From Malacoraja senta (lineage: Eukaryota), in assembly GCA_038087875.1 (NCBI GenBank), contig CM075977.1, positions 123,442,001 through 123,506,000 on the forward strand: a stretch of DNA of 64,000 bases. Direction: 5' to 3'. Below the pieces are notes generated by a model. That model was not told where the DNA came from and searched no databases. It saw nothing but the letters and a program-made list of their open reading frames with translations. A program made the position numbers and the translations under genes. Positions 26,945-40,113 of the stretch are shown here, in pieces; the stretch's first letter is position 1, and the number at the start of each line of letters is the position of its first letter.

Positions 26945-27262
26945 GTTTAGTTTAGTTTAGTTTAGAGATACAGCGCGGTAACAGGCCCTTAGGTCCACCG
27001 AGTCCGTGCCGGCCAGTGATCCTCATACACTAACGCCATCCTACACACACTAGGGACAATCTACAATTAAAACAAGCCAATTAACCTACGTCTCTTTTGT
27101 ACGTATTTGGTGTGTGGGAGGAAACCGGACCACCCGGAAAAAAAACCCACGCGATCACAGGGAGAACATACAAACTACATACAGACAGAACCTATAGTCA
27201 GGATTGAACCCGGGTCTCCAGCGCTGTAAGGCAGCAACTCTTCCACTGCACCACAGTGCCAT
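26945..27262 (-). mobile_element. tRNA-derived SINE (HE1/V-SINE-like) with (CTAAA)n tail
   Basis: (gttta)n tail, V-domain, B box GGTTCAATCC on the minus strand. Confidence 0.9.
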
Positions 27263-29857
27263 GCTCTTGATATGCTTTGACATGTTTTATATTACAACAG
27301 TCTACATTAAAATATTCACTTAAAAAAAAAAGTCTCTAAAAAGTTTTCAAAAAGTACTTGAAGCACTATTTTGCAGCAGGATCTCCCATGCTCCTGCCGA
27401 TTTTTATCACAAATCTATGTTACCGACTATCTGAAGGCTCAGGTTAGCGTTATCTGGTGTTTGGTCAGCAGAGCTGAAACAGGAGTCCCTAATCAGCTTA
27501 GTAACAAAGCAACAGTGTGTCCACTTGGCTTGATAATATGCAGAGCTTTGCTGCTTGGAGCAGTTAACCTCTAATGTTGTAGCCATATGTTGCAAATGCG
27601 GAGCATCTACTTGTTCCTAAAACTCAATACATGCAAATAAATAATCGTAAAGGTTTCTTTCTCAAGGTTTAATGGGTCACGTAGCATTCATAAAATCTGG
27701 TTTGTCATGGGGTGTCAAACAACAAATTCTCTTCCATGTACATTCGGACACTAAGCAACTTTCATCTTTAATTCAGTTCCAATTAAAGTCACCAAAATGA
27801 CAAAGTTACTTCCACTTAAAACAGCTTCTCAAAGCTCTCCCACATTGAAAAAGGAATGAAAAAAAATGTGTGCACAGTTACTACCTTCTAATTAATCTTT
27901 TGGCACAGAAAAATACAGAAAACAGAGAAATGAATAACTGCACACAGTTATGTCAACATTTTATCAATTTTTAAGTAGTCGCCACATTTGCACAAGTAGG
28001 CTTACAAAATGGGTAATGTCACTGAAGAAATCGTCACTGAGAAGCTTCTGTACTGTACTGTAATTCACTGTAATTCATTTGTTTTGTTTTTTAAATCACA
28101 CAAATGTAAAATTCACATTATCAAAAGAATAGTTATTAATTTTGGACGGTTTCATGTATTCAATTTTAACAATGCCTTACAGCAATAGGTAACAAATCAA
28201 ATAGCAATTTAGCGAGCCCTTCTATTCAGTCAGACTTGTATTGAAAGTTCTATGGCAAAGGCACACCAGCATACGGTCCATAAGTCTAACATCAAGAAGC
28301 AACTCTTATGTTATTAAAGGAATGTGCAACGTTAATTATTGCCATACTGCCTGATTCTAAACCTCTGAATTAAAGGCTGCCGTGAAATTTTGCTTAATCT
28401 GCCGACATGACTGCCTGTGTTAGCGAATAATGATTCTTAGATGCACACAGCAGGAAGCTTTCCCAACTCGGTTCTAAGTACGGTGCACACTTTTATATAT
28501 ACCTGCTGTCTGATATGGCTCATTAGGGACAATTAAACACAAAGCCTCACATTCCTTACACGAATGTGAATTCCAAATGGCAAAAAATTGATAATCCCCA
28601 GTTCCGAGACACACATGCTAATCTCAAAGATAAAGTCCCTCAGCAATTCCTACACATTCAATAATTTGATGGCTACTAGCCAAGATTTACAAAAATGAAT
28701 TTGCCAAATCAGTTCTGAGCATAATTAAATCAACTTCCCCTCTGCCTCCACAAGGAATATGTATTTGCTGAGAATTAATATTATTAGTCACAATCCTTTG
28801 ATGACTTTAAATAAGTTTGCCCCTTTGTGAAAATTTGAAGCTATCATATTACTTTAAAAGTTAGAACAGCTTTACAAAGAATACTTGCACACCACACTCT
28901 GAAAAATAGGTGAACTGGATGTTAATAATGCTTTGTAGTATTGAAATGTATTTTTAATAGCTGCGCAAATGTACCGTATGTCCCTCCAACATTCATAAAA
29001 TATACAAAGCATACTGGACTGTTGAAGATAATAATTATTTTTACTGATTGCTTTGTTAGTGAGATATTCTGCTCTTCTTAAGCCTGTAAATTTGTTCTAA
29101 ATGATCACTCTTCCTTAATACATACTACCCATGGGATGGATACATGATAGGTTAGAAGAAAATATTTTCTAAAAATGAACAATAGGTACAGTGGAATCCC
29201 CAAATCATTCTGTACAGAATGATGCATTGTGACTGCTCCTTTTAGTATGTTTATCTTAGATAGAGAAAAGGCCATGTACTTCATTGTTCCCCGCCTTATG
29301 TTCTTTCTATTCATGGGAGGGAGTGTAAGATATTGTGTAACAAGTCAATGACTAGGTATATTTAAAGAGTATAATGTGTTGATTGGTATAAACAATTACA
29401 ATAAAAACCACGTAGAAAGGGAGGAACTGCATATAAAGCAAGGGGAATGTTCAGTACTGCTACACATGAGGTTAAAACAGAAAAGAAGGAAGTTATCTTT
29501 AATGTAATTAAATACAGTACAGGCTAACTCTAGTAAATGATAGTGAAAAGTTTATGATTCCATGCAATGCAGACAAGCTGAGACACAGTGAGCAGTTACT
29601 AGGATAAGCTCAGGCAGGACCGTAATGAAAACAAGATGTAACAAATTAAAAAAGAGCTGGAGTCTCATCTAAGAGTTTATGTATAAATAGAAAAAGCAAC
29701 TTATGTGGGGTTGTTCAAATCAAGAACTGCATGGATTAGTGCAGATTTTGATCACTTTGAATATTAAAGATATTAGTCCCTAAGTAATGCAATAATTAAG
29801 TACACGGCACGATGGAATTTTAATCACGAAACAGATTACAAGTATATTGTATATAAA

Positions 29858-30043
29858 GGTACACAAAAATGCTGGAGAAACTCAGCGGGTGCAGCAGCAT
29901 CTATGGAGCGAAGGAAATAGGCAACATTTCGGGCCGAAACCCTTCTTCAGACTGATGGCAACGTTTCGGGCCGAAACCCTTCTGGCAACGTTTCGGGCCA
30001 AAACCTTTCTGGCAACGTTTCGGGCCGAAACCCTTCTGGCAAC
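29858..30043 (-). mobile_element. Penelope-derived mini-element with hammerhead-like core, 3x27-bp stutter and 13-bp TSD
   Basis: TSD tattgtatataaa at 29845-29857 and 30044-30056. Core at 29923-29950. Unit ggcaacgtttcgggccgaaacccttct starts at 29957, 29984 and 30011. Confidence 0.9.
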
Positions 30044-30387
30044 TATTGTATATAAACATTGGTCTGATAGGAATATTTCAGCAGATCTATCATTGGGTTT
30101 GTGACAGAGCAGTATGAATGGGCCTTAGAACATGGTACCAGTCTAATAAGGGTCAATTATAATAGGCAACTGATCGTCACAACTTAATGAACCCTTCTAC
30201 TTTGATTCTATTGTCATTGCCATCCTCTCCCAGCACCAGTTAGAAAGTTGCAAACCTGCACATGAAGTAGATTTCATGGATGGATTGGGTGGGAGAGGTC
30301 CAAAATGATTTTTGCTATCAGTGTTCTATATTCAGATGAGCTTCATGAAATTAAAATAACACTCTCAAATCCACAGTGTACCCAAAC

Positions 30388-30893
30388 ACACCCCGATTGC
30401 TATAGGAAAGATGTTATGCTGGAAAAAGAGTGCAGAGAAGAATTACGAGGATGTTGCCAGGTATTGAGAGCCTGAGCTATAGGGCAGGTTGGGCAGGCTA
30501 GGACTGTATAGAGTGTAGAGGGATTAGAGGTGATCTTATAGAGATATATAAGATTATGAGGGACCATGAGAGGATAGATAGGGTAGATGCACACTTTTAC
30601 CCAGGATAGAAGAATCAAGAACCAGAGGGCATAGGTTTAAGATGAGAGGGGAAAGATTTAATAGGAATCTGAGGGGCAACTTTTTCACACAGAGGGTGGT
30701 AGATATGTGGGATGAGCTGCCAGAGGACGTAGTTGAGGCAGGAACTATAACAGCATTTAAAAGACATTTGGACAGGCACATGGATAGGAAAGATTTAGAG
30801 GGTTATGGTCTAAACGCAGGCAGGTAGGCTAGTGTAGATGAGGCACCTAAGTCAGCATGGGTAAACTGGGATGAAGGGGCTGTTTGACTCTTT
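30388..30893 (+). mobile_element. CR1 (HER1-like) LINE 3' fragment
   Basis: ORF 30642..30827 reads RGNFFTQRVVDMWDELPEDVVEAGTITAFKRHLD. Confidence 0.9.
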
Positions 30894-32283
30894 CACTCAA
30901 TTACGTCAGAAGTATTTACAGTTACACCATTTATCAAATTTCACGTCACAAATGCCATGTTCGTGCTCAACAGCTTCATTAAAGACACTTTATGCACACA
31001 CACCAGTCATTTTTGGAAGAAATGCCCGATCTTTAAAATTTTGATTATTCAGAATACCTCCCTGAATCAATTTCAAAAAATAAATGTATTTGGTTTAGTT
31101 GTGTACCGATGAAGTTTCTATCCGCTTCAGCCAGTGGTGATGCCAACATGTTTCCCACTTACAATATACATGGATGTACCAAGTTTGTAAAGTTCTGACC
31201 TATTCAGAGGCAGTACGCAAAAAAATCATAAAACTGCAGAGCATCACATCGAAACCAAAACTTAGATAATTACGTGAAACACCAAGTTGTTATTTCCATC
31301 TATACCCCCATATAATTTAATTTTTTTAACTCTCCCCCCCCCCCCACCCACCCACCCCACAGAGCAACCAGATTTATAATATTCCTCATTTAAAAAAAAG
31401 ATGCTGAATGGGGTTATTTTGTCCCAAAGAAGCAGAGAGCCAGAGAACAGGCTGTACTTAAAGATTCTCCGCAGCTCAGGGCTTGTGAAAAAAACTAGTA
31501 AAAGTAAGATTTATTTATAAAAAGAGCAAGACAACTCATCTAAACTCATGACGCTGTTATTTTAAAACGTGAAACACTTCAAAAAAGGTGTGATTTTAAA
31601 GGAAAAATGAGATTCAGCCCTCTAATTTAATATGCAAGGTGCCTTATGCACAATTGATTGTGTGAGATTTTCCAGATACAGTTAAAAATCACCAGTCTGC
31701 TTCAGTAGCCTCAGATGGCCCAATTATTCATGGGTTGCGCGAGTATCAGATGATACAAGTGCACACCTGGGTTACAGAAGTAAGAGTATTCCCATCCTTG
31801 CTCCTGGTATTTTTAGTTCTGCTCTTTGCTACAGAAGTTGTCCCACCATTCAGCAAAAGAAAAATTGACTTTTTGTAATGAAGTCAGCGCTGAAAGATCC
31901 ACTCTGTCCTCAGACCCACAAATTGGATTTTGCTGACCAGGCATGTAGATACATATAGCTGTTTCAGGGCTTGCAAAACAAAAAGGAATACCACGTAAAG
32001 CATTGTGATCACAAATTCACATCTGTTACATATTCTACAAGCGATCTGTTTAAGGGTGGAGGAAACACAAATCCACTTTAGAATACTACAGCAGTGTGAA
32101 AGCCCCATCAGCAGCCAAAGCAGCATTTCACTTCTCAAGACAAGGGAATCACTTCGGCTCACATTGCCTAACGTCTTCAGTGTCAGATAAAGCATCGCAC
32201 TATTGGCATAAGCAGTACATTTTTATTCTAATGGAAAAGCAAGGTTTGGTACGTAGGGTTAACTCACTGTCCTCCTTGACATG

Positions 32284-33404
32284 TTTAGGAAGGAACTGTA
32301 GATGCTGGTTTAAACTGAACATTGACAAAATGCTGGAGTAACTCAGCGGACAGGCAGCATCTCTCGAGAGAAGGAATGGGCGGACATTTCGGGTCAAGAC
32401 CCATCTTCAGACTGATGTCAGGGGAGAGGGAGATACATAGATAAGGAGGTGTAAGGTGTGAAAACAGGATAAAGGGGATGGCTCGCCAACAGTCTGTCCT
32501 TTCTTCTGTTTTTGTTATTTTAAGTACGTGTTAAAGAGTATGTTTTAGTGTTCCTTGGTTTGTTTTATGTGGTGGGGGGACCTGAGATTTAAAAAAATTC
32601 AATTTCTTACCTCGACGGAGATGCGATTTTTTCCGTATAGTATCTCTGTCCCCACTGAGGCCTTTAATCGTGAAGTGGGGCAGGTCTTTCCTGAGACCGA
32701 CCCGACACTTCAACCGTGGGCGCGGTGCGGACTCACGAACGTGGAACTTGTGTTCCCTTTGCCGGGGATCGACTGTGGAGAGCTCCAACCACGGGCCTGT
32801 GGACTTTAACATCGCGGAACCCACGGTGCCTGGTTAGAGACCAATTCGGGAGCTCCAAGCCGCGGAGTTTCAACCGTTCTGATGAGGGAGTTTCGATCAC
32901 CCCGACACGAGGGTTTCGGATCGCCGGCTGCGGGAGCTTTGATGGCCCCGACTGTGGATGGTTCGACAGCCCCGACCGTGGGAGAATAAAGAGGGAGAAG
33001 TTTGAACTTTATTAGCTTCCATCACCGTGAGGAATGCGGGGAGCCGTCCCCGTGGTGGTGGATGTTTATGTTAACTTTTATGTGGCTGTGGGTCTTGTTG
33101 CTTTTCACTTAGTATGGCTGTATGGTAACTCAAATTTCACTGTACCTTAATTAGTACATGTGACAATAAACTGACCTTGAAACCTTTGAAACTTTGAGAT
33201 CAAGGAAAATGTTGAATGGATCAATGTTAGCTAGGAGAAGGTAACAACAAAGCAAACAGAGATAAAATGTACTCTGAGACAGTCAGACTGGTCGGAGAAC
33301 TGGGAAGGGGCAGGGATGGAGAGAGGGGGAAAGCAAGGGTTACTTGAAGTTAGAGAAGTCAATGGTCATACCGCTGGGGTGTAAGCTGCCCTTAACGTGA
33401 CATG
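32284..33404 (-). mobile_element. Penelope-like 3' fragment with hammerhead-like core, interrupted by a nested insertion
   Basis: Core at 32383-32410. ORF end (GSLHPSGMTIDFSNFK) near 33345-33391. 11-bp direct repeat tccttgacatg at 32273-32283 and 33405-33415. Confidence 0.85.
32481..33195 (+). mobile_element. Nested CpG-rich non-autonomous retroelement with LINE-type tail
   Basis: Splits the Penelope copy (aaaggggatg|...|agatcaaggaaaat). Internal short repeats of the ttcgatc(a/g)ccccgac type. Ends tttcactgtaccttaattagtacatgtgacaataaactgacc(ttgaaac)n. Confidence 0.7.
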
Positions 33405-34271
33405 TCCTTGACATGCTGCTCTCACCAAAATATATCAAAGATGACATCAGGAATCAGATTCAATGTTGATAATTACTTTATTTTTTAAATATATGCTCAT
33501 CTCCCTCCCCTTTAAAAAAAGTTCTGAACTTGACAGACACGGTTAATGGATACCTCCTATGTTTTGCCAAATGTCCATTTCAAATAAAAAGTAAATTCAT
33601 AGTCAATTAGGCAGTAATTTGCAACTTAGAGTTAATTATAGTTAATCAGAGCTAACATTCTTTTGCATTTTCTTCAAATTGAGTTGATTGTCAGTGAAGT
33701 CTGATGGAATAAAGAGTTCATACAGGCATTTTACTTTCCTTGTCAGATAAACATACATTTTAATTGTGAATCAAATCTCCAGCATTATTTCGTTAAAGAA
33801 CATCAGAAGCAGGAGCAGGCCAATTGGCCCTTCAAGCCTGCCCCACCATGGCTAATCCAATTTTAGCATCAATGCCACATTTCTACTCTCTCCTTATCAC
33901 TTGACCCCTTTGCAGATTAAAGGGACTATTGTTATTCCCTGATGTTTGCAGCAACAAAGAGAACATGAGGCTAGCAAAGTGACACTATATACGGAATCCA
34001 CATTACTGTTCGTATCTCACCTTTGAGTTTACCTTCCACTAGAGGGAAGGTATGTTCACAAAATGAAAGTTTGCTGCCCAAGCATCCTTTTAAATTACAA
34101 TTTACAGTTGTTAATTAAGAACTAAATGAGGACACAAAGATGGTTAATTATGATAATTGTTGGTCTCTTTTATGCTACAGGTGTTCACAGTGTGCTGCAG
34201 TGACAGATTAAACGAAGGCTCAGAATTAAGGCTGCTCTGCCATTGTAGATGCGGCTATTACGGCCAGTTAC

Positions 34272-34396
34272 TCAAGATTCAAGAGAGTTTATTGTCATGT
34301 GTCCCAGATAGGACAATGAAATTCTTGCTTTGCTTCAGCACAACAGAATATAGTAGGCATAAATAAATACAGAACAGATCAGTGTGATCATATACT

Positions 34397-34480
<84 letters not shown>

Positions 34481-35352
34481 TAAATAATCAGATAAAGTGC
34501 AATGGGCTATTAATGTTCAGAGTTTTGTTTGAGTTGAGTTTAATAGCCTGATGGCTGTGGGGAAGATGGCTGTGGCTGGATGTTGCAGATTTCAGGCTCC
34601 TGTACCTTCTCCCTGAAGGCAGCGGGGAGATGAGTGAGTAGCCAGGATGGTGGGGATCCTTGATGATGCTGGCAGCCTTTTTGAGGCAGCGACTGCGATA
34701 GATCCCCTCGATGGTAGGGAGGTCAGAGCCGTTGATGGACTGGGCAGTGTTTACAACTTTTTGCAGTCTTTTCCGCTGTTATCGAGGCTGACACATTTCC
34801 ACCAATACGGACAGACTGTGGTCTGTGAATGAGGAAGTCGAGGATCCAATTGCAGAGGGATGCGCAGAGACCCAGTTCTGAGAGTTTGGTAACCAGTTTG
34901 GAGGGGATGATTGTATTATATGCCGAGCTGTAATCAATGAATAACAGCCTGACATATGAGTTTTTGTGGTCCAAGTGGTCCGGAGTGGAGAGTCAGCGAG
35001 ATTGCATCCACCGTTGATCTGTTGTGGCAGTAAGCGAACTGCAGTGGGTCCAGGTTTTTGTCGAGGTAGGAGTTGATTTGCGCCATGATCAACCTCTCAA
35101 AGTACTTCATCATCACAGACGTTAGTGCCACTGGTCGATAGTCATTGAGGCACGTCACCTTGCTCTTCTTGGGCACTGGTATAATTGCTGCCCTTTGTGA
35201 GAGGTTGAAAATGTCCGTAAAAACTCCAGCCAGTTGGTCCGCACAGGTTTTTAGAACATGACCGGGTATGCCATCAGGTCCAGGTGCTTTCCGAGGGTTC
35301 ACCCATCTGAAGGATTTTCTGACGTCGACCTCTGTGACCATGACCGAAATAC
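34272..35352 (-). mobile_element. Rex1/Babar LINE fragment (RT domain, internally deleted) with 3' tail
   Basis: ORFs 34934..35341 ([45 protein letters not shown]) and 34723..34974 ([18 protein letters not shown]) are typical Rex1 RT. Confidence 0.92.
34402..34480. repeat. (TA)n(CA)n compound microsatellite inside the Rex1 3' region
   Basis: About 34 TA units followed by 5 CA units. Confidence 0.97.
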
Positions 35353-36054
35353 CATCAAAGAGGCCAATTACTTGAATTCTATTTTTTCATCTATTCTTTC
35401 GAATAAGACTCCCTTAAATTTGTTTGAAAATGAAACCCTGATTGGACGACTTCCATTCCAATTACACAGTTGGATAAAATTGGCTCCTGACCAAATGGAG
35501 TTCATCAGTCTTAAGATGACTCTTTTACATTTGCCATAACCCTTGCCCAAGCAATAGCTCTGGTTTACTGTGTGTCTGATTTATTTTCACAGTAAAGTTG
35601 TGCCCTTGCTATTTGTAGCTGCAGGTTTTCCCAGTTTCACATACATCAAAGAAAATAATTACTTGATGCATAACGCATTAGCATTGAGTATATTGGTGCA
35701 ATTGTTGAAATCTTTGTGATGTTTAATTTGAACTTTAATTATACAATACACCCTCATTGTGGATATCCACATTCCTAACCCACTCATCCTTTACAACGCA
35801 CTTATATGTCTGCTACTGCTCAGAAATTGGTTTTCCTCTGTGAAGAGCCTCAGGTCTGTTTACAATACTCAAGTTATTATATACATGTAAGCTGCGGATA
35901 TTACACAGTTCCAGGCTGTAGTGGTTGCTACTCTGTCAATAGGTCATTACTGGTAACCAACTATAAATTCTCATTCCCAAACAATGTTAATAAAGAACGG
36001 CCAAAAACAGCTTAACTGCTTATTCAAACCTTTGCTGTATGTTGGATCTTTCCG

Positions 36055-36185
36055 TATAAAATGGCTGTTGCTTGTCTAATAACAATAGTCACCGCATTTC
36101 AAAGTAATTCATAGCACGTGAAATACTTCAAGACACCTTTGAGCGATGTGATGAGCTGCTATCTGAAAGCTCGTCTGTCTTTCAC
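36055..36185 (+). mobile_element. Ancient L2/DeuSINE-type (SacSINE1/AmnSINE-like) 3' tail
   Basis: aaaatggctg...acaatagtcaccgcatttcaaagtaattcat...gtgaaatactt...gctat...tctttc resembles the shared L2-derived tail. Similar remnants at about 7110-7210 and 47200-47330. Confidence 0.55.
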
Positions 36186-38000
36186 TTCACACTGTCTATG
36201 TCATTATAGTTTCAATGGCAGAGTGGCTAGCCATCAGCAGAAATGAAAAAAACAAAAATTTAATGAAGCTTATCCATAAAATGTCTTTCGCGCATAGTAC
36301 AGAAGCACCCAATTCCTTTTAGTCCCTTAAAATCACAAACTAATTCAGAAGAAAATGATTTAATTATCAGCCAGGGTATCATGTATTAAGGGAGGGGTGC
36401 AATTTCAGAGCTGCTGACATTCAAATGAGACAGTAACTTAACATAGTAAGTGAAACAACTTAGCCTAGCTGTGAATTGCTCAGCATATCATCCTGTGTCC
36501 TTGTGTAAGCCTGATTCCATAGCACCAAGTACCTCTGGCATCATTGAATCTCGCAGTGGACAAAATGCGCAGCCTGTGCAGCAACATTGCAGCAGCTTAT
36601 TGAGCACCCATTTAGGCAACCGTTCAAGCATTGTGCAATCTTTAAAGCATTCTTTTATAAAATTATTTTTAAATGTTGAAGTATACTAGGGATGGAAAAT
36701 TTCCCATTCTGGGATCTGCATTTCCCTCCCAGCCTCTTAAGAATGTCCCTGGTGCACTAATATGATTGTTTTAATTTCCCACATCAGCCATCTTATGGGT
36801 TTTCAGAATACTTTGTTCTTTTTGGCTTTGGTTAAATAACGCACTTGAGCTCGGCTCCTGAACAATTAAGTTGAGAGCATTCAAAAATGAAAGCATATAA
36901 ATTTCAGATCCACAAAACCTGGGATCTATTCAACTCAAGTCAGATGAGGAAAGTACTTGTTCTCGAAAATCAATTCCGAAAGGTCAATAAGCTGAATTTC
37001 CTGTTTCTTTCGGAGAAATACTCCTGTAGAAAATGAGGGCAGCCAGTCAATGAATGAAAAAATCAGTTGGATCATCTGCAGCAACAGGGATAATGGATGC
37101 TGTCAGTAAACCAAGAGGGGCCGTGGAGTGTCAGCTTCAAAGAAAGGAGAAGGTTTCTGAAAGGAGACATGAGGTGCACTATAAAAACTCCATTTCTATT
37201 AGCATATTAAAATACCACCCTCAGCTTAAGGCAGCAATCTTATCCATCAAGCTAATGTACTGCAGTGACAAATAATGTCTCACAGAATAAATCTTTTTTC
37301 AATCTGTGCTTTGTGGTCCAAATGCCAATATACCTAGATGTTACATATCAGCTTTTCATTCAACATTTGGTTGTTGCTCGAAGTTGGCCACACACTTTAA
37401 AATGTAATCATGTTACTTTGCCCACTCCTCCGCCACTACCAGCAACCTCACTGCATCTCATAGGCAAGTACTAATGGGTGGTGGGAGCAATCATCCACAG
37501 GTCTGCAGCTAAAGGTATTGGAGGCAACAGGGGCAACTCATGTGCATTGTACTCAAGTGGCCCACTGCAGACTGCAGGAGTACATGCTGAGGGACACACT
37601 GAAGCTTGGTGCAGCCAACACCAAGGCTCTGTGGGGGAGGGCGACAGTCTAGGGTCCTTCCGCTGCTGGACATGGGGGGCAGGGTGTGGTGGAGATGTCG
37701 CTCAAAATAAGGGAAGGGATTTCACGCCAGTGTGGCACATAAGTGACTAGGGTGTTATTAAGTTGTTAACGGAAATAAAGTATCAATATTGTGTAAAATT
37801 GGACAAACAAATCATGCTGTTATAGCTGTTTTGATAATCAGAATGGCATTCCTGATGGGAAGTGGTTAGTTTATATACACATATCCTTAAAATATGTGAT
37901 TACGTTAAGATGGAATTGGGAAGCAACGTGGAATTAAACTCCTACAACGCAATGCATCACCTAATATATATTTGTGAATGCGCTTGCAAGTAATGGGAAT

Positions 38001-38160
38001 ATAGACACAAAATGCTGCAGTAACTCAGCGGGACAGGCAGCATCCCTGGAGAGAAGAAATGGGTGACATTTCGGGTCGAGACCCTTCTTCAGACAGTCAG
38101 GGAGACAATGACATAGACAGAAGGAAGGGTAGGGTGTGAAAATTAGAGATCAAAGGGGAC
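38001..38160 (-). mobile_element. Short Penelope-derived element with hammerhead-like core
   Basis: Minus strand CTGAAGAAGGGTCTCGACCCGAAATGTCACC at 38065-38092. Confidence 0.85.
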
Positions 38161-39322
38161 GATGTTTGTATTGGGAATCAAACAACTTTTCAACACCTCT
38201 TTCATAGTTTCAAGGACAGCCTCCCTCCACCACCTCTAGTGATTAGTTACAAGGGCCAGCAGTGTAAAAAAAAAGTGAGATCAATGTCCTTCTTCGGTTT
38301 AATTTGATTTTGCCCACAATCAATCCAAGAACCTTACAACACAAAGGGAGGGCATTTGGCTCATTGTGCCAGCAAGTGATCACTGAACACAGATTTCCTA
38401 TTTTTTGCCCTTGTTCTCCTGTGTGAGGTGACAATCAGGCAGCACATATGAAACATTATGCCTGTATTGTGTCTATTCCAGGTCGCCGTGATGATGCACA
38501 GGCTCCGAGGTCTGGCAGAGGCTCCGAGGTCTGGCAGAGTGTTCCAATTCCCAATAATTAAATGCTTCAAGTTTCAGAAACAAATTTCTGGAGAACATAA
38601 CTCATAATGTGGACAATATATTTGTAAAAGATTTAAACAAAAAAAAATGTAGGGTTGGCAGTGAGAGCTAGAGGGCCAATAATTCATCTGAATATTTTGC
38701 AAAGTGTCTTAAATTGCAATATTGAATTTTGGTGAGAGGGTTTTTGACAATCATCGAAAACCTGGGATTGAATTACGGTATAAAACTCATTGCTTTTGTT
38801 ACTGATGTCCATTATAGTCCATTTCATAGAATAAATGCTGCGTTAATGACAAGGTTATGGAGATGGAGGTGAAAGCCATCCTGATGAAAGTGCTGGAGAA
38901 AATGAAGACTTGATGGAACCCATATGCCAGCTTTATTCCCCATAGAATTATAACAAGAGATTATTAACTGCTGAGTTCTTCAGTTATGCATAAAGTATTG
39001 GATAACTTATTCTTGTATCATTTGGACATGCACACCCATACCCATTGGGCTGGGGAACTAAGGGAAGGTATTGCTATCCACCTTGTATATCTTCAATTGG
39101 CTTCACTCTTCTACAGTTATTATTGATTTAAATTTTAGTAAACACATTGTAAAGTCACATATTGCTAACTTTTAGATTTTAAAGGATTCTTTGCAAAATA
39201 ATCACCCCCCGACCCAGGGTAAGTTATGCCCAGAAGGAATTATTCCTTCATTAAAGTCCACATTGTGTGAGGTGTCTTTCTGACAAATAATTATGAGGTA
39301 GAATAAATCAACAGTTTTGTTA

Positions 39323-40113
39323 AGGGGCTGTCCCACTTGGGCGAACTAATCCGCGAGTCCAGAAGAGTGTCTTCGACCTTCAAGCTCGGGGGCACTCGCC
39401 TGGAAAGCCTTGAGCTAGATCGACCGTCCGCGTTGAAACCGCGAGCTGGATCGACCGAACCGCGAGCTGAATCAACCGACCGCACGCACACACACACACA
39501 CACACAAACACATCGCGAAGGTGTGGGCCAGGGAAAGCGGGGGAGCGCTGTCTGAAATTCACACCCACGCTGAAGAAGAAGGTAAAACGGCTGCCACAGT
39601 AACGGTAAGTCCTTTAGAGAGCACAGGGGGGGGGGGGGAGAGAAGGAGAGAGAAGGGGAGAGAAGGAGAGAGAAGGGGAGGAGAAGGGGGGGAGAAGGGG
39701 AGAGAAGGAGTGGAGACACTTTAAAGAAGTATAATAAAGTTTAGCGGGCATTTTACCTACCGGTCGGTTTTCCTTGTTCCTGATAACTCCAATGAGCCGA
39801 TCAATATGCCCGGTCAGCGAAGGAGATTGCCTACAGCTGCCCTCGACTGCCTGTAACTAAATAGCGACCCCACTCCACTGCACTACGAGTTAAAAAGAAC
39901 CATACCGACCAAATTTACTCGCGGAAGATTTTTCAACATGCTGAAATTGTTTCCGCGACCTAGCTGAGGCCACGAGTATTCGGGAACTTCCCTCAAGCAT
40001 GAAGGAGAGTTCCAGCGACCTCCTAGGACCACGTGTCGACCATGCTGCGAGTTTGAAGGTCGAAGACACTCTTCTAAACTCGCAGATTAGGTTACCCAAG
40101 TGGGACAGCCCCT
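39323..40113. mobile_element. PIF/Harbinger-type MITE (791 bp) with ~65-bp TIRs and TTA TSD
   Basis: Left end tta|aggggctgtcccacttgggcgaactaatccgcgagt..gaagagtgtcttcgaccttcaa; right end ttgaaggtcgaagacactcttc..actcgcagattaggttacccaagtgggacagcccct|tta. Confidence 0.9.

Noticed and set aside
29957-30043. CRISPR-like array
   Set aside because: The units are directly adjacent with no spacers, derive from a retroelement, and the DNA is vertebrate with no cas genes.
34279-34479. YIYIYI-repeat ORF
   Set aside because: Translation of the (TA)n microsatellite.
38500-38539. Small tandem duplications (19 bp x2 here; 14 bp x2 at 11693-11720; 30 bp x2 at 60334-60393)
   Set aside because: Ordinary slippage-type duplications with no further structure.
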